A DNA stretch of 64,000 nt, taken from IMG/VR virus record IMGVR_UViG_3300048996_000163, positions 32,001 through 96,000 of that record. One strand, written 5' to 3'. The position numbers and the translations under genes were made by a program. The first letter of the stretch is position 1, and every line of letters begins with the position of its first letter. Below are positions 46,896 through 55,142 of this stretch, piece by piece. This stretch comes from a virus. The notes under the pieces were generated by a model, which was given only the letters and a program-made list of their open reading frames with translations, had not been told where the DNA came from and did not search any database.

Positions 46896-47753
46896 ATGAC
46901 TGAGCGCCAGAGGGAGTGGCTCACGAGGCCAGGCGGTGTCGCTGAACGGCTGGGCGAACTGCGAGCCGCAGCCGGCCTGGACGGGAAGGGACTCGCCGAG
47001 AAGCTCGGATGGACCACGTCGAAGGTTTCCCGAGTCCAGACCGGCGCCACCCGACCGTCGCCGGCTGATCTCGTGGCGTGGGCGGCGGCAACAGGTGCCA
47101 GTCAGGAAGCGACGCAGGAGCTGCTCGCGCTGCTCGACGAGGTCGAGCGGGCCCGCAGGGAGTTCGGGCTCAAGATGGGCCGCGGCCAGACTGCCGTCCA
47201 GGCGGCACACAACGACTGGACGGCAAGGTCCACGCTGATCCGCTACTTCGACCACTACTTCATCCCGGGGTGGTTCCAAACCCGTGAGTACGCTCACCGA
47301 GTGCTGTCCGAGATGATCCCGCTGCACCAGCTGCAGATTGACGACGTTGACGCAGCCGTTGCCAAGCGCCTCCAGCGGCAGCACATGCTGTACGACACCG
47401 ACAAGCAGTTCGAGATCATCATTACGGAGTGGGTCCTGCGGGCGGTCATCATCGAGCCCGCAGCAATGCGGGCGCAACTGGACCGCCTCCAGACGGCCGT
47501 CGACCTGCCGAACGTCCGGTTCGGCATCATTCCGCAAGGCGTCCTGCTGCGCACGATCACCCCGCAGAACTCGTTCCAGACCTACGACGACCTGCCGGTC
47601 ATTGAAGGGTTCCACGGTGAAGAGGAACTCGACGACAACCCGCGTGCGGCGGCCCAGTATGCGCGGGTGATGGAGATGCTGTGGGAGGAGGCGGCAGTCG
47701 GGCCGGATGCCCGGCGGCTCATCATCGCGGCAGCCGACGCCCTTCCTTCGTAA
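46896..47753 (+). CDS. Xre HTH regulator with DUF5753-like C-terminal domain
   Basis: LRAAAGL.GK.LAEKLGWTTSKVSRV..G; IPGWFQTREYA; QLDRL...PNVRFGIIP. Confidence 0.88.
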   Translation: MTERQREWLTRPGGVAERLGELRAAAGLDGKGLAEKLGWTTSKVSRVQTGATRPSPADLVAWAAATGASQEATQELLALLDEVERARREFGLKMGRGQTAVQAAHNDWTARSTLIRYFDHYFIPGWFQTREYAHRVLSEMIPLHQLQIDDVDAAVAKRLQRQHMLYDTDKQFEIIITEWVLRAVIIEPAAMRAQLDRLQTAVDLPNVRFGIIPQGVLLRTITPQNSFQTYDDLPVIEGFHGEEELDDNPRAAAQYARVMEMLWEEAAVGPDARRLIIAAADALPS

Positions 47754-47776
47754 CCAGGTCCGCCACATCGCACAGC

Positions 47777-47810
47777 ACCGCCCCGCCTCTTCGGAGACGG
47801 GGCGGTTTGC
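47777..47810. terminator. Terminator hairpin between convergent genes
   Basis: ACCGCCCCG..TC-TTCG-GA..CGGGGCGGT followed by TTG. Confidence 0.7.
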
Positions 47811-47820
47811 GTTCGTGGCG

Positions 47821-48114
47821 TCAGTCGTCGAGCGGGTGTTCCGCCAGCCACTCTGCTCGCGCCTCGGGACTACTCCCGTAGTAGATCGTCGGCGACCAGT
47901 CCTCACCGGGGATCTCACGAGCGGACGCGTTGTCGAGCGTGTTGCGCAACTCTTCGATCGCGGCCAGCGCCTTCTGTGCGGCTTTCGCCTGCGGGGAGTC
48001 CTTCGGGTAACGGTTGCCCGTCAGGACCGCGGCGTCGAGGAGCGCGCGGCGGGCGTTCTGCAGGTCGGCGCCGAGCTCAACGTGCTCGCGACGGGTCGGG
48101 TGCTGCTTCGTCAT
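47821..48114 (-). CDS. Hypothetical protein
   Basis: MTKQHPT start after AAGGA. Confidence 0.55.
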   Translation of the reverse strand: MTKQHPTRREHVELGADLQNARRALLDAAVLTGNRYPKDSPQAKAAQKALAAIEELRNTLDNASAREIPGEDWSPTIYYGSSPEARAEWLAEHPLDD

Positions 48115-48201
48115 CCGGGCGTCCTTCCGGGTCGGGGTGGCGGCGAGCCTAACCGACATCGACCGACATTGGGCGCTTCTCGGCGTTCCGCGTTCGCCAC
48201 G

Positions 48202-48672
48202 TCACACGGCAGCGCTTTGCCGCTCGAGCATCTCGGCGTGCGCCCGCCCCACGGCTTCCGCCGCATCGGCCAGCCTCGCGTCAGGCCAGCTACCGCGGCA
48301 CTCCGGGCCAACCCCGTACGTCCTGCTCGCCACATCGCTCAGCGACCGGCCGCAGATCACGCACGCACACTGCAGGGTCGCGAACCGTGCGGCGGCAGCG
48401 AGCGGGTCGGCCTTGATCGCCTCATGGGCCCGGCGGTGCCACGGCGCCGAGACGTCCTCGATCCAGGCAAGGAGCCACTGCCGGCGTTCCTCGCCGCTCA
48501 AGCCTGCCGGGATGACGTGCTGGTGTCCCGGTCCGGGCTTGCGGTACAGCGCCGGTCCGTAGCGCGCTTTCGCCGGCCACGGCGCCAGCTGGCCGCTGTC
48601 GGCCCGGCGCCAGTAGGTGATCCGGGTGGGGTCGTCGGGGTCAGCGACGGCGAAGTAACGCGGTCCGGTCAT
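48202..48672 (-). CDS. DUF6011-like zinc-binding protein
   Basis: CVICGRSLSD..S..YGVGPEC. Confidence 0.75.
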   Translation of the reverse strand: MTGPRYFAVADPDDPTRITYWRRADSGQLAPWPAKARYGPALYRKPGPGHQHVIPAGLSGEERRQWLLAWIEDVSAPWHRRAHEAIKADPLAAAARFATLQCACVICGRSLSDVASRTYGVGPECRGSWPDARLADAAEAVGRAHAEMLERQSAAV

Positions 48673-48724
48673 CGGCTACCTTCTGGCTCGTGCTGGTCGA
48701 CGAGCGGCGAGGAATGGTGCGTCA

Positions 48725-48860
48725 GGTGTGTTCCATGATCCAAACTCACTGCTCAACCCCCCGCAGTGCGAGTGTGTGGTGTGTCCCTAAAGGACGGGAC
48801 ACACAGACACACCACTCGCGGGTATGTCTGAACACACCCGAACACACTCAGACACACCGA
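48725..48860. repeat. ACACAC iteron-like cluster with inverted repeat (candidate origin)
   Basis: Five (G/A)ACACAC copies on + and three GTGTGT copies; GTGTGTCCC...GGGACACAC inverted repeat directly 3' of the AAA gene. Confidence 0.6.
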
Positions 48861-48864
48861 GGTT

Positions 48865-50154
48865 TTAGGCCGCATCGGCGAGGACCTCCGTCAATGGAAG
48901 CGAGTGCAGACGACTGCGGTTCGGCCCCTCCCTGACGACGATCTCGCCGTTATCCTCGAGCTGGGCAAGCGCCTGCCGGATCTTCGTCGCACCGAACCCG
49001 ACACGAGCGCTGATGTCGTTGAACGTCTGCGGCTTGTCCTTCGACGCGAGCGAGGCGAGGATCTGCTTCACGACCTTGCTCAGGTCGACGGGCTTGGGCT
49101 CTGCCTCTTCGACGCCGTCTTCCTGATCCTCAGCCCGCGGCGGCCAGAAGATGAGCGACTCCATCTCGCCGCTCGTGGCATCCCCGACCAGATCGCCGAG
49201 GTAGGTCATGCCCGGTGCGCCCTCGACCGGGTTGCCGTGCTGGCGCAACCCGCCGTTGCGGTCCTTCGACACCAGCACCTTCGACCGACCCTTCAGCCCG
49301 CGACCGAACGGGTCGACCCGCTCCATCAGGAACTGGGCGCCGTTCAGGCCGGCGAGCTTGTGCTGAGCACCGATGGCGTAGGCGCCGCGGGCCTCCCGGT
49401 TCTTCACGACGTGGTCAGTCGCGAGCGTCGCCGCCCCGAGGGCCATCGCAGGCTTGATCAGTAGGCGCCGCCACTCCGCCGCAGCGTTCTGGTTCAGCGG
49501 GTCGAGACTCCACAGCTGCATGCCCTCGGTGACGCCGTCGTAGATGACGAGGTCCGCGGCATCGTTGTTGAATCGGAGCAGCTCCTCGAGCCATTCGATC
49601 CGGTGCGGGCCCTCGGGTCGGACGTAGCGGAACTGGTCCGCCTCGTCAGTGAGTCGCGCGGCGAGCAGCCCCATCGTCTTGAGCCGGCCGACGATGGTGC
49701 GCTCGTCATCTTCGAAGTCGACGTATAGAACTCGACGGCCGCGTTTGAGGAGGTCGATGACCTGCATCAGCGCGAACCACGTCTTGCCGCACTCGGGCTC
49801 GCTGGCGATCGAGTGTTCCTTGCCCCGGTAGAGCAGGGGCACGCCGTCGTGGCGCCGGCCGATCTCCGGAAGGACGACCGGCGCGGTTCCGTCGAGGACC
49901 GGCCTGAGGTCGACCGGCTTCCACCCGCCGCGCTCTTCGGCGTCGGTCGCATCGGTGAGAGGCTCGGCGGCGAGTCGTTCCTTCGCCTCCTGGTCCGCCT
50001 TCCGCCACGCGATGCGGTCTTTGACGAGCGCCTGGTGGTTGAGGTCCAGGGCGCGCTTCAGGTTTTCTTTCCCCTGCTCGGCGTACTGGCCTTCGAGAAC
50101 GGCCCGCATGCCGGGGTCTTCGTCATCGTCGGGCGGGTCGGGTACCAGCTTCAT
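48865..50154 (-). CDS. RecA-fold AAA helicase (RepA/AAA_25-like) with C-terminal HTH
   Basis: SEPECGKTW, VLYVDFED, LVIYDGV, DHVVK, VSKDRNG. Confidence 0.85.
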   Translation of the reverse strand: MKLVPDPPDDDEDPGMRAVLEGQYAEQGKENLKRALDLNHQALVKDRIAWRKADQEAKERLAAEPLTDATDAEERGGWKPVDLRPVLDGTAPVVLPEIGRRHDGVPLLYRGKEHSIASEPECGKTWFALMQVIDLLKRGRRVLYVDFEDDERTIVGRLKTMGLLAARLTDEADQFRYVRPEGPHRIEWLEELLRFNNDAADLVIYDGVTEGMQLWSLDPLNQNAAAEWRRLLIKPAMALGAATLATDHVVKNREARGAYAIGAQHKLAGLNGAQFLMERVDPFGRGLKGRSKVLVSKDRNGGLRQHGNPVEGAPGMTYLGDLVGDATSGEMESLIFWPPRAEDQEDGVEEAEPKPVDLSKVVKQILASLASKDKPQTFNDISARVGFGATKIRQALAQLEDNGEIVVREGPNRSRLHSLPLTEVLADAA

Positions 50155-50295
50155 GTGGTGCCCCGCTCACCGCGAGGGGTCGTGCTCTTGGCGCGGCTCA
50201 ACGTACGATCGACGTAGAGCATGGTCGGGGTACCTCCCGATCGAGGCCCGGCATTGCGGTGGGGCAACCGCGCCGGGCCTTCTGCTTGTCTGGGG

Positions 50296-50571
50296 TCAGG
50301 CTGCGTTCGCGAAGCGCGGCGCGGGGTCGGCGACGACCTGGACTTCGAAGAGGGTTTCGAACTTCTCGTCGAGCAGGTCCATGACGCTGGCGACGAGCGC
50401 GGTGTGCGGCTGGCGGCGGCCGTGCAGGTACCGGCTCATGTCGCCTTGGTCGACGTGGAGAGCGCGAGCGATCGCGATGTCGCTCTTGAGGCCGAGCTTT
50501 TCGTGGGCGATGCGCCGCACAGTTTCGCGGCGCATGACGACGCGCCTAGGGCGCCGAATCGGGGCAGGCAT
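50296..50571 (-). CDS. Cro-like HTH protein (leaderless)
   Basis: IARALHVDQGDMSRYLHGRRQP; TATGAT 7 nt before the ATG. Confidence 0.75.
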   Translation of the reverse strand: MPAPIRRPRRVVMRRETVRRIAHEKLGLKSDIAIARALHVDQGDMSRYLHGRRQPHTALVASVMDLLDEKFETLFEVQVVADPAPRFANAA

Positions 50572-50657
50572 GCCATAGATCATACCGCACGCCATGGCAC
50601 AAAAACCAACCCGAGCCACTGCAGTGGGTCGTCTCGCCTTTGCCCTAAGGTTGGCAT

Positions 50658-51071
50658 GTGAGCCAAACCGAGGATCGGAACGTGCCAACCCAGTTCGGCA
50701 TGTTCCTGCTCGCCGCGATGAACGCCGCCGGGTACCCCTCGACCACGAACTTTGCCCGCGCTGCCGGCGTCGACCCTTCGGTCGTCTTCCGGTGGATCTA
50801 CGGCAAGACGGCGCCCACGACAAAGATCCTCGCCAAAGTCGCGCCCGTGCTGGGACTCACCGAGAGCGACCTCATCGCCCGCGCGTACTCCACTGGGACG
50901 TCGCTTGCCGAGAGCCCGCGTGTCATCCACCCGCTCGTCGCCGAACTGGCCCGCCTACTCGGCGACGACTCCCCCATCGGCACCGACGAGCGTCAGGTGC
51001 TCGAGACCCTCATCGACCGGATCGTGCAGCCCTACCGCCGCCGGCCCGGCCGCGGACGCAAGACGGCCTAG
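50658..51071 (+). CDS. Xre-family repressor
   Basis: FARAAGVDPSVVFRWIYGKTAP; divergent from Cro-like gene. Confidence 0.8.
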   Translation: MSQTEDRNVPTQFGMFLLAAMNAAGYPSTTNFARAAGVDPSVVFRWIYGKTAPTTKILAKVAPVLGLTESDLIARAYSTGTSLAESPRVIHPLVAELARLLGDDSPIGTDERQVLETLIDRIVQPYRRRPGRGRKTA

Positions 51072-51349
51072 CGCAACTCTTCCGGCACCTCGGACGCCGA
51101 TGCGACGAACGTGAACTCGACGCCGCTTTTGCCGTGCCGGTACAACTGCAGGTCGAACGCCCACAGCTCGTTGAGGTTCTCGCCGGCGCGCCGGACCGCG
51201 TCGACGAGGAGCCCGGTGAGGACCCGGTCGATGGTGGCCCGCTGCTCGGGGTCTTCGAGGTCGAAGTGGCGGCTGAACGGGTCGAGGCCGCTGACGTCGC
51301 GCTGCCGGTGGCGGAGCCGGATGTCGTAGTGGACGAGCGCCACGGTCAC
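51068..51349 (-). CDS. Hypothetical protein
   Basis: ORF with RBS-like GGAG and plausible composition. Confidence 0.5.
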   Translation of the reverse strand: MTVALVHYDIRLRHRQRDVSGLDPFSRHFDLEDPEQRATIDRVLTGLLVDAVRRAGENLNELWAFDLQLYRHGKSGVEFTFVASASEVPEELR

Positions 51350-51483
51350 TCCCGGGGGGTCAAGTAGTCATGTTCGGGTGACCGTCAGGTTACCGGTCGT
51401 GGCGTGAGCTGCGCATTCCCCGGGACGCGCCGACCCGCCCGCCGGTGTCGGCGTGTCGGGCATCGACGGTTAAGGATCCGCTC

Positions 51484-51738
51484 ATGGCTGAGCACCGCGC
51501 TGTCACCGAGGCCCGCGCCGCGTACGCCCGCGGCGACCGGGTCCTGCAGGTCGGATTGACGCTCGTCGGCGGCACCATCCAGGACCGGAGGTCAACGACC
51601 ACCGCCACAGCCGACGACGTCAACGCCGTGTTGAACGAGATCGTCAACGTCGGCTGGGACCTGGTGACCGCGCACATGGACCGTCAGCCGCGGAACCCGG
51701 AGATCCTGATGGGGTTCTACCTGTTCCGGCGGCGCTGA
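51484..51738 (+). CDS. Hypothetical protein
   Basis: LNEI..VGWDLV...GFYLFRR motif. Confidence 0.6.
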   Translation: MAEHRAVTEARAAYARGDRVLQVGLTLVGGTIQDRRSTTTATADDVNAVLNEIVNVGWDLVTAHMDRQPRNPEILMGFYLFRRR

Positions 51739-51785
51739 ACGAAGAACACCCGCAGCCTGATTGCTGCAGGTGTCCGGTGAAGCCC

Positions 51786-51869
51786 CTGCCTAGCCGCGCC
51801 AGGCCCGACCATGCCTTGCCTGGCGATGCCATGCCAGACCGGACCCGACCGCGCCGTTGCAGCGTAGCC
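51786..51869. repeat. Intergenic NN(G/A)CC pentamer array
   Basis: ctgcc tagcc gcgcc aggcc cgacc atgcc ttgcc tggcg atgcc atgcc agacc ggacc cgacc gcgcc. Confidence 0.75.
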
Positions 51870-51935
51870 CGAATCCCACCGGTGTAGTTCGCTTCGCCCT
51901 CTTGACCTGCGAGGACCCGCCACGATCATGGAAAT

Positions 51936-52160
51936 GTGACGGTTCTTCACGCTCCCGGCTGGCGCGTGGAAGAGACGTGGCTGGACCTGGACGGCCGCGG
52001 CGAACGCACCTGGTTCCGGGCCGTCGACCGGTACGGCGCGGAGCACTGGTGCACGACCGCGCAGCTGCAGGAACGTCTCCGCCGCGACGGCCTCGATGTC
52101 GGCGACTTGCGCCTCACCGAGCCCGAGCGGCTCGTCGACAGTGATGACGGCTGCGAGTGA
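51936..52160 (+). CDS. Hypothetical protein
   Basis: GWRVE...LDG.G...WFR...DDGCE. Confidence 0.55.
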   Translation: MTVLHAPGWRVEETWLDLDGRGERTWFRAVDRYGAEHWCTTAQLQERLRRDGLDVGDLRLTEPERLVDSDDGCE

Positions 52161-52211
52161 CACGCCGTCACTGATGGACCTCTCACCCGGACTGAAGGTA
52201 CCGTCGTACGT

Positions 52212-52388
52212 ATGGCCGACCAGCAGCGCGACACCCAGGGTGACGTCGTCGACGAGCGCGGCGTGCTCATCACCGCCGCCGGCCGCAAGCGGATGCGGGC
52301 GAAGATGGACGAGGTCATGAACCGTTGGACCCCCGAAGAGCGGGAACAGCGCCGCCTGGCCGCCCTCGCGCGTATCACCGCGGCGTGA
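52212..52388 (+). CDS. Putative antitoxin-like small protein
   Basis: MADQQ...GVLITAAGRKRMRAKMDE; GTGA overlap with PIN gene. Confidence 0.55.
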   Translation: MADQQRDTQGDVVDERGVLITAAGRKRMRAKMDEVMNRWTPEEREQRRLAALARITAA

Positions 52389-52768
52389 CCGAAGCGCAGT
52401 TCACGCTCGACACCACAGCGGTCCTCGCGTACGTCGCCGGGTCGCACGGCCTCGGTGAGCTCCTCGGTGAGGTCGCCGACGAGAAAGCCCGGTTCGCGGT
52501 GCCCGCCATCTGCCTCGTCGAGGCTGCGACGATGCTCGAGGATGTCGCCTGGCCGATGCTGGACCTGCTCGCCGGGCACCCGAACGCGGTGCTCGTGTCG
52601 CTGGACGGGACGCAGTGGCGGAGTCATGCCGCGTCGGCGCTCGTGTACGGCGGGGTCGGGTCGGGTGCGGCGGCGCTGCTTTTCGTGCAGGAACGCGTCT
52701 GGTATGTGGCGACCTGCGACCCGGCGATCTACGGGGATGGGATCGACACGGTCGCGATCGAGGACTGA
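52385..52768 (+). CDS. PIN-like (VapC-type) protein
   Basis: FTLDTTAVLAY...VPAICLVEA...VATCDP. Confidence 0.65.
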   Translation: MTEAQFTLDTTAVLAYVAGSHGLGELLGEVADEKARFAVPAICLVEAATMLEDVAWPMLDLLAGHPNAVLVSLDGTQWRSHAASALVYGGVGSGAAALLFVQERVWYVATCDPAIYGDGIDTVAIED

Positions 52769-53058
52769 TCTCGCACTTCGGGCACCTCGACCCCGTCCAC
52801 GTCGCCCCGGGCCAGCTGCCCGTACACCGCCTCAGACCACGCTCCGAGCGCCCGCCGATGCTCCTTGCACCCGTGGGTGCCCTCGTACCACAGGACGACA
52901 AGCAGTTCGTGCCGGGTGAGGTCGTAGTCGGCGCAGACCGCCGCCTCATCCCGTTCCGCGAGGTACAGGCCGGCGATCGCGTCGGTGGAGATGCCGCGCA
53001 GGTGCGGGCCGCCGAAGCGCATGCCCGGTTCTGTGCGGATGACGGGGCGGTTGGTCAC
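52729..53058 (-). CDS. DUF433-like protein
   Basis: I..EPGMRFGGP.L.GI....I......V.ADYDLT. Confidence 0.65.
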   Translation of the reverse strand: MTNRPVIRTEPGMRFGGPHLRGISTDAIAGLYLAERDEAAVCADYDLTRHELLVVLWYEGTHGCKEHRRALGAWSEAVYGQLARGDVDGVEVPEVRDQSSIATVSIPSP

Positions 53059-53071
53059 AGCTACCAGTGTC

Positions 53072-53590
53072 CTACCGCAGGGTGCCGCGCAGTTCGGCCG
53101 GCACGTGCTCCTTCGAGCAGTAGCCGATGCCACCCGCGACGAGAGTCATGGCCTCAACGCAGCCGCGGTGGGCGCACCGTTCGGTGGCCGGCGCTGGGTA
53201 GCTGATCGCGAGCCCCGGAACCTCCATGGCGACCCGCGCGACGACCGCCCGATGCCACGACGCCGGCCACGGCTGGTCGGGATGAGCCGCGTGGTATTCG
53301 TCGTCGTTGCGGTAGGTGAGAACCGTGGCGTCGACGGGCGCGGCGTTGAGCTTCTCGACGATGCCGTCGACGAACTCTGCGGTCCGCTGCTCGAGGTCTT
53401 CGAGTTCGAGGCGGACACCGTCGGGGATCGGGTAGCGGCCTTGTTCCCAGCTGCGGACGGTGCGCGGGTTGATGCCGAGGTGTCCGGCGAGCCAGTCACC
53501 GGTCAGGCCGAGGTGTTCGCGGACGACGCGGAACTCGGCGTCGGTCATGCGTTCGTCGTCGGGCATGCCGGGCGGGTCGGTGTATTCCAT
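53072..53590 (-). CDS. Aca2/YdiL (DUF1870)-like HTH regulator
   Basis: MTDAEF..VRE.LGL....A.HLG...R....WEQGR..IPDGV..EL.DL...L.Y...DEY.A.HPD...W matches the Aca2 pattern as recalled; core starts at 53548. Confidence 0.8.
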   Translation of the reverse strand: MEYTDPPGMPDDERMTDAEFRVVREHLGLTGDWLAGHLGINPRTVRSWEQGRYPIPDGVRLELEDLEQRTAEFVDGIVEKLNAAPVDATVLTYRNDDEYHAAHPDQPWPASWHRAVVARVAMEVPGLAISYPAPATERCAHRGCVEAMTLVAGGIGYCSKEHVPAELRGTLR

Positions 53591-53648
53591 GGTGGGGCTC
53601 CGGAAACGGTGCGACCCCGGCACGTGGCCGGGGTCGTGGTGGGTGAGG

Positions 53649-53864
53649 TCAGTTGGCGTGGCGCTCGACGATGGTCCAGAACTCGTCGTCGCTGACGGTC
53701 TGCTCGAACCCGGCGGTGTTGAGGAGTTCCTGGCCTTTGTCGTTGGTGTCGACGCGGTACTCGAATGCGTCGACGAAGATAGCTTCGACGTTGTAGTCCG
53801 CGGGCTCGTCGAGGGCGGGGAGGACGGCCTGCTCGATGGCGTCTTCGCGGGTGGTGTAGCGCAT
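53649..53864 (-). CDS. 71-aa acidic protein, candidate anti-CRISPR/anti-defence protein
   Basis: First gene behind a strong promoter, directly upstream of the aca2-like gene; D/E-rich. Confidence 0.6.
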   Translation of the reverse strand: MRYTTREDAIEQAVLPALDEPADYNVEAIFVDAFEYRVDTNDKGQELLNTAGFEQTVSDDEFWTIVERHAN

Positions 53865-53916
53865 GTCCGGTTCCTTCCGGCTGAGTCTGGGGCCTGCTCC
53901 CCTGACCAACACCTGA

Positions 53917-53945
53917 AGACTAGCGCCCTAAATTAGGGTGCACAA
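53917..53945 (-). promoter_or_regulatory. Promoter with palindromic operator in the spacer
   Basis: TTGTGC-N17-TAGTCT; spacer contains CCCTAA-T-TTAGGG. Confidence 0.75.
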
Positions 53946-54104
53946 GGCTGTCACTCGGACGAGGTTGCTTCCCGCCGCCATTCCCGCTCCTCCCGCCGCC
54001 GCTGCGACTTCTTGCCCCGCGCCGTCGACGTGCAGTCCGGCCCGGCCGGCCCGTGGCAGTAAGGGCACCACTCCCGCTGGCACACGCCGAGCATCCGGGC
54101 CACG

Positions 54105-54440
54105 TCAGCCTGCCTCCACCCGGTGCCCGCACTGCTCCTGCATCGGCGACCCGGCCCACTGCCGGTACAGCCACTCCCGGTCAAGCTTCCCGTTGACGTG
54201 CGTGGAGGACTTCATGCCCTCTTCCCATTCGCGCAGGAGCGGTTCAAGGACGCCCTGCCGGTCGAGGTACAGCAGCGCGCCGCACGGGGCGCAGCAGGAC
54301 GGGCAGCAGCCCCAGATGTCGTCGCCCTCATCGCGTGGCTGGAAGTCCGACGCGTACCAGACCTGCGACAGGGCGTGGTGGGCGAGCATCGCGTACGCCT
54401 CGACGCGCGACGTCGGCGACTGCGGCAGGGTGAGGGTCAC
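54105..54440 (-). CDS. Cys-rich hypothetical protein
   Basis: VTLTLP start; GCCPSCCAPC; coupled. Confidence 0.5.
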   Translation of the reverse strand: MTLTLPQSPTSRVEAYAMLAHHALSQVWYASDFQPRDEGDDIWGCCPSCCAPCGALLYLDRQGVLEPLLREWEEGMKSSTHVNGKLDREWLYRQWAGSPMQEQCGHRVEAG

Positions 54441-54649
54441 GTCGTCTCCCCCGCCGCCGCCCGCACCGCCGCGATGAACTCCTCGACCTTGTCCGGCGGC
54501 AGGTATCCGTCGTACGGTCCGACGCTGATCGCGACCCACCCGTCGGGGGCGGACTCAACAGTGATCGTCTCGCGCTGCTCGCCGAGTGGCCAGCCGCCCT
54601 CAGGCTCGATCGGGTACTGCCACAGCTCCGACATCGCCGCCTCCATCAA
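54437..54649 (-). CDS. Hypothetical protein
   Basis: GGAGG before MSELW; coupled to downstream gene. Confidence 0.5.
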   Translation of the reverse strand: MMEAAMSELWQYPIEPEGGWPLGEQRETITVESAPDGWVAISVGPYDGYLPPDKVEEFIAAVRAAAGETT

Positions 54650-54871
54650 GGACCGTCACACCCCATTGTCGCAGGCCACGGGGTTTCGGTCATTGACCGG
54701 TGGGGCGTTTCGGAAGTTGCTCATCAAGGAAACGTGCCTGTCTGTGCATCATTCGCACACGCCCCGCAACCACGGCCGCCGGGCGGGTACAGGCTTCGCG
54801 GGCCGGTGCGCACCGGGTGGCTTCCGCCGGGACCACCGCCTCCGCAGCACGGCAGGTGCGCGCCGGCCCAA

Positions 54872-55060
54872 CTACAGCGTGAAGCCTTTGCCAGGATCGT
54901 ATTGCGCGCCGATGGTCGGGTCGTTCGCGTTGCCGGACTCGTTCTTCGCCGGCGTGACGAGCGTGTCGTCCGTCGACAGCAGGTCGTCGACTGAATGGTC
55001 GCTCGTGTCGACGTGCTCGATCTTCGGGAGGGGTTCCTTCGGGGCTTCATCGTCGGCCAT
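54872..55060 (-). CDS. 62-aa acidic peptide
   Basis: MADDEAPKEPLP...YDPGKGFTL. Confidence 0.45.
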   Translation of the reverse strand: MADDEAPKEPLPKIEHVDTSDHSVDDLLSTDDTLVTPAKNESGNANDPTIGAQYDPGKGFTL

Positions 55061-55097
55061 GCATCGACCATGCCACGCGCAACGCGGGGTGCACAGC

Positions 55098-55135
55098 ACG
55101 AAGCCCGGCAGCCGTGTGACTGCCGGGCTCTTGTG
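55098..55135. terminator. Hairpin downstream of the Ro60 gene
   Basis: AGCCCGGCAG-N8-CTGCCGGGCT. Confidence 0.65.
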
Positions 55136-55142
55136 TCTGACC

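Noticed and set aside
51786-51869. CRISPR or mini-array
   Set aside because: No 25-40 nt repeats with spacers; only 5-nt periodicity, and no cas genes in the window.
54790-54870. Third Y RNA (CCCGGTGCGC motif on the minus strand near 54803-54817)
   Set aside because: No matching TTGATCTCGGG 3' strand; it is simply a palindrome.
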